Source: Felis catus
Taxonomy: Eukaryota
Assembly: GCF_018350175.1 (NCBI RefSeq)
Contig: NC_058368.1
Span: 54,252,001-54,316,000, forward strand
Length of the DNA stretch: 64,000 nt
Reading direction: 5' to 3'
The position numbers and the translations under genes were made by a program. Shown here piece by piece: positions 63,657 through 64,000 of the stretch. Under the pieces are notes generated by a model that was given only the letters and a program-made list of their open reading frames with translations, was not told where the DNA came from and did not search any database. Positions within the stretch are counted from its first letter, which is position 1; each line of letters opens with the position of its first letter.

Positions 63657-63835
63657 ATTTTTTTTAAAGTTATTTATTTATTTGGAGAGAGAGAGTGAGC
63701 AGGGGTGGGGCAGAGAGACAGAGAGAGAATCCCAAGTAGGCTGTGCACTAAGAGTGGGCTCAAACTCATGAGATCGTGACCTGAGCTGAAATCAAAGGTC
63801 AGATGCTTAACTGACTGAGCCCCCCAGGAGCTCCC
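63657..63835 (-). mobile_element. CanSINE (short variant)
   Basis: Head GGGAGCTCCTGGGGGGCTCAGTCAGTTAAGC; TSD tgaagtgtgttttatg / tgaaatgtgttttatg. Confidence 0.93.
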
Positions 63836-64000
63836 TGAAATGTGTTTTATGTTTAAGAAGATAAATTTATTTTGGATACCCTTTGCTTTTATTTTCCAAC
63901 AGCTCATATTTGGGCAAGATGTTGAAGAAAAAGTCCGAATCTAGTTTAAATAATCTTCAGCTTTCTAACTTTATTTGACTTATTGTTCTATTTCCTTACC

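Noticed and set aside
1374..63907. Many 60-135 aa ORFs containing MAQSV.. or AQVMIS..SLSL motifs, looking like a gene family
   Set aside because: All are translations of CanSINE bodies and their (CT)n tracts.

Overview
AT-rich mammalian DNA from a felid (cat-family) genome. The assignment rests on 19 tRNA-derived CanSINEs, mostly of the feline type (GGGGCGCCTGGGTGGCTCAGTCGGTTAAG...(CT)n...A-tail), and on carnivore/felid L1 3' ends. The window looks intronic or intergenic. I recognise no complete host gene, rRNA, tRNA gene, CRISPR array or prokaryotic system. Almost all ORF-track entries are chance ORFs or come from SINE, L1, L2 or LTR sequence; the only long ORF (9194-10357, -) is the C-terminal part of L1 ORF2p. 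Repeats include young and old L1s, L2, MIR, L3/CR1, MaLR (MLT1) and ERVL (MLT2, LTR33-like) LTRs, and a Tigger2-like DNA transposon. Families were recognised by eye, so subfamily names and the boundaries of old repeats are approximate. The best leads are: a young L1 with a probable 3' transduction and a target-site ATG fused in frame to ORF2; a 54-bp micro-L1 with a perfect 17-bp TSD; two SINEs inserted sequentially at one endonuclease nick; an old ~1.4-kb inversion inside a nested repeat stack; SINEs arranged in same-orientation blocks; and two + strand exon candidates (42708-42771, 45234-) in a TE-poor, locally CpG-enriched region. I found no convincing new biological system.
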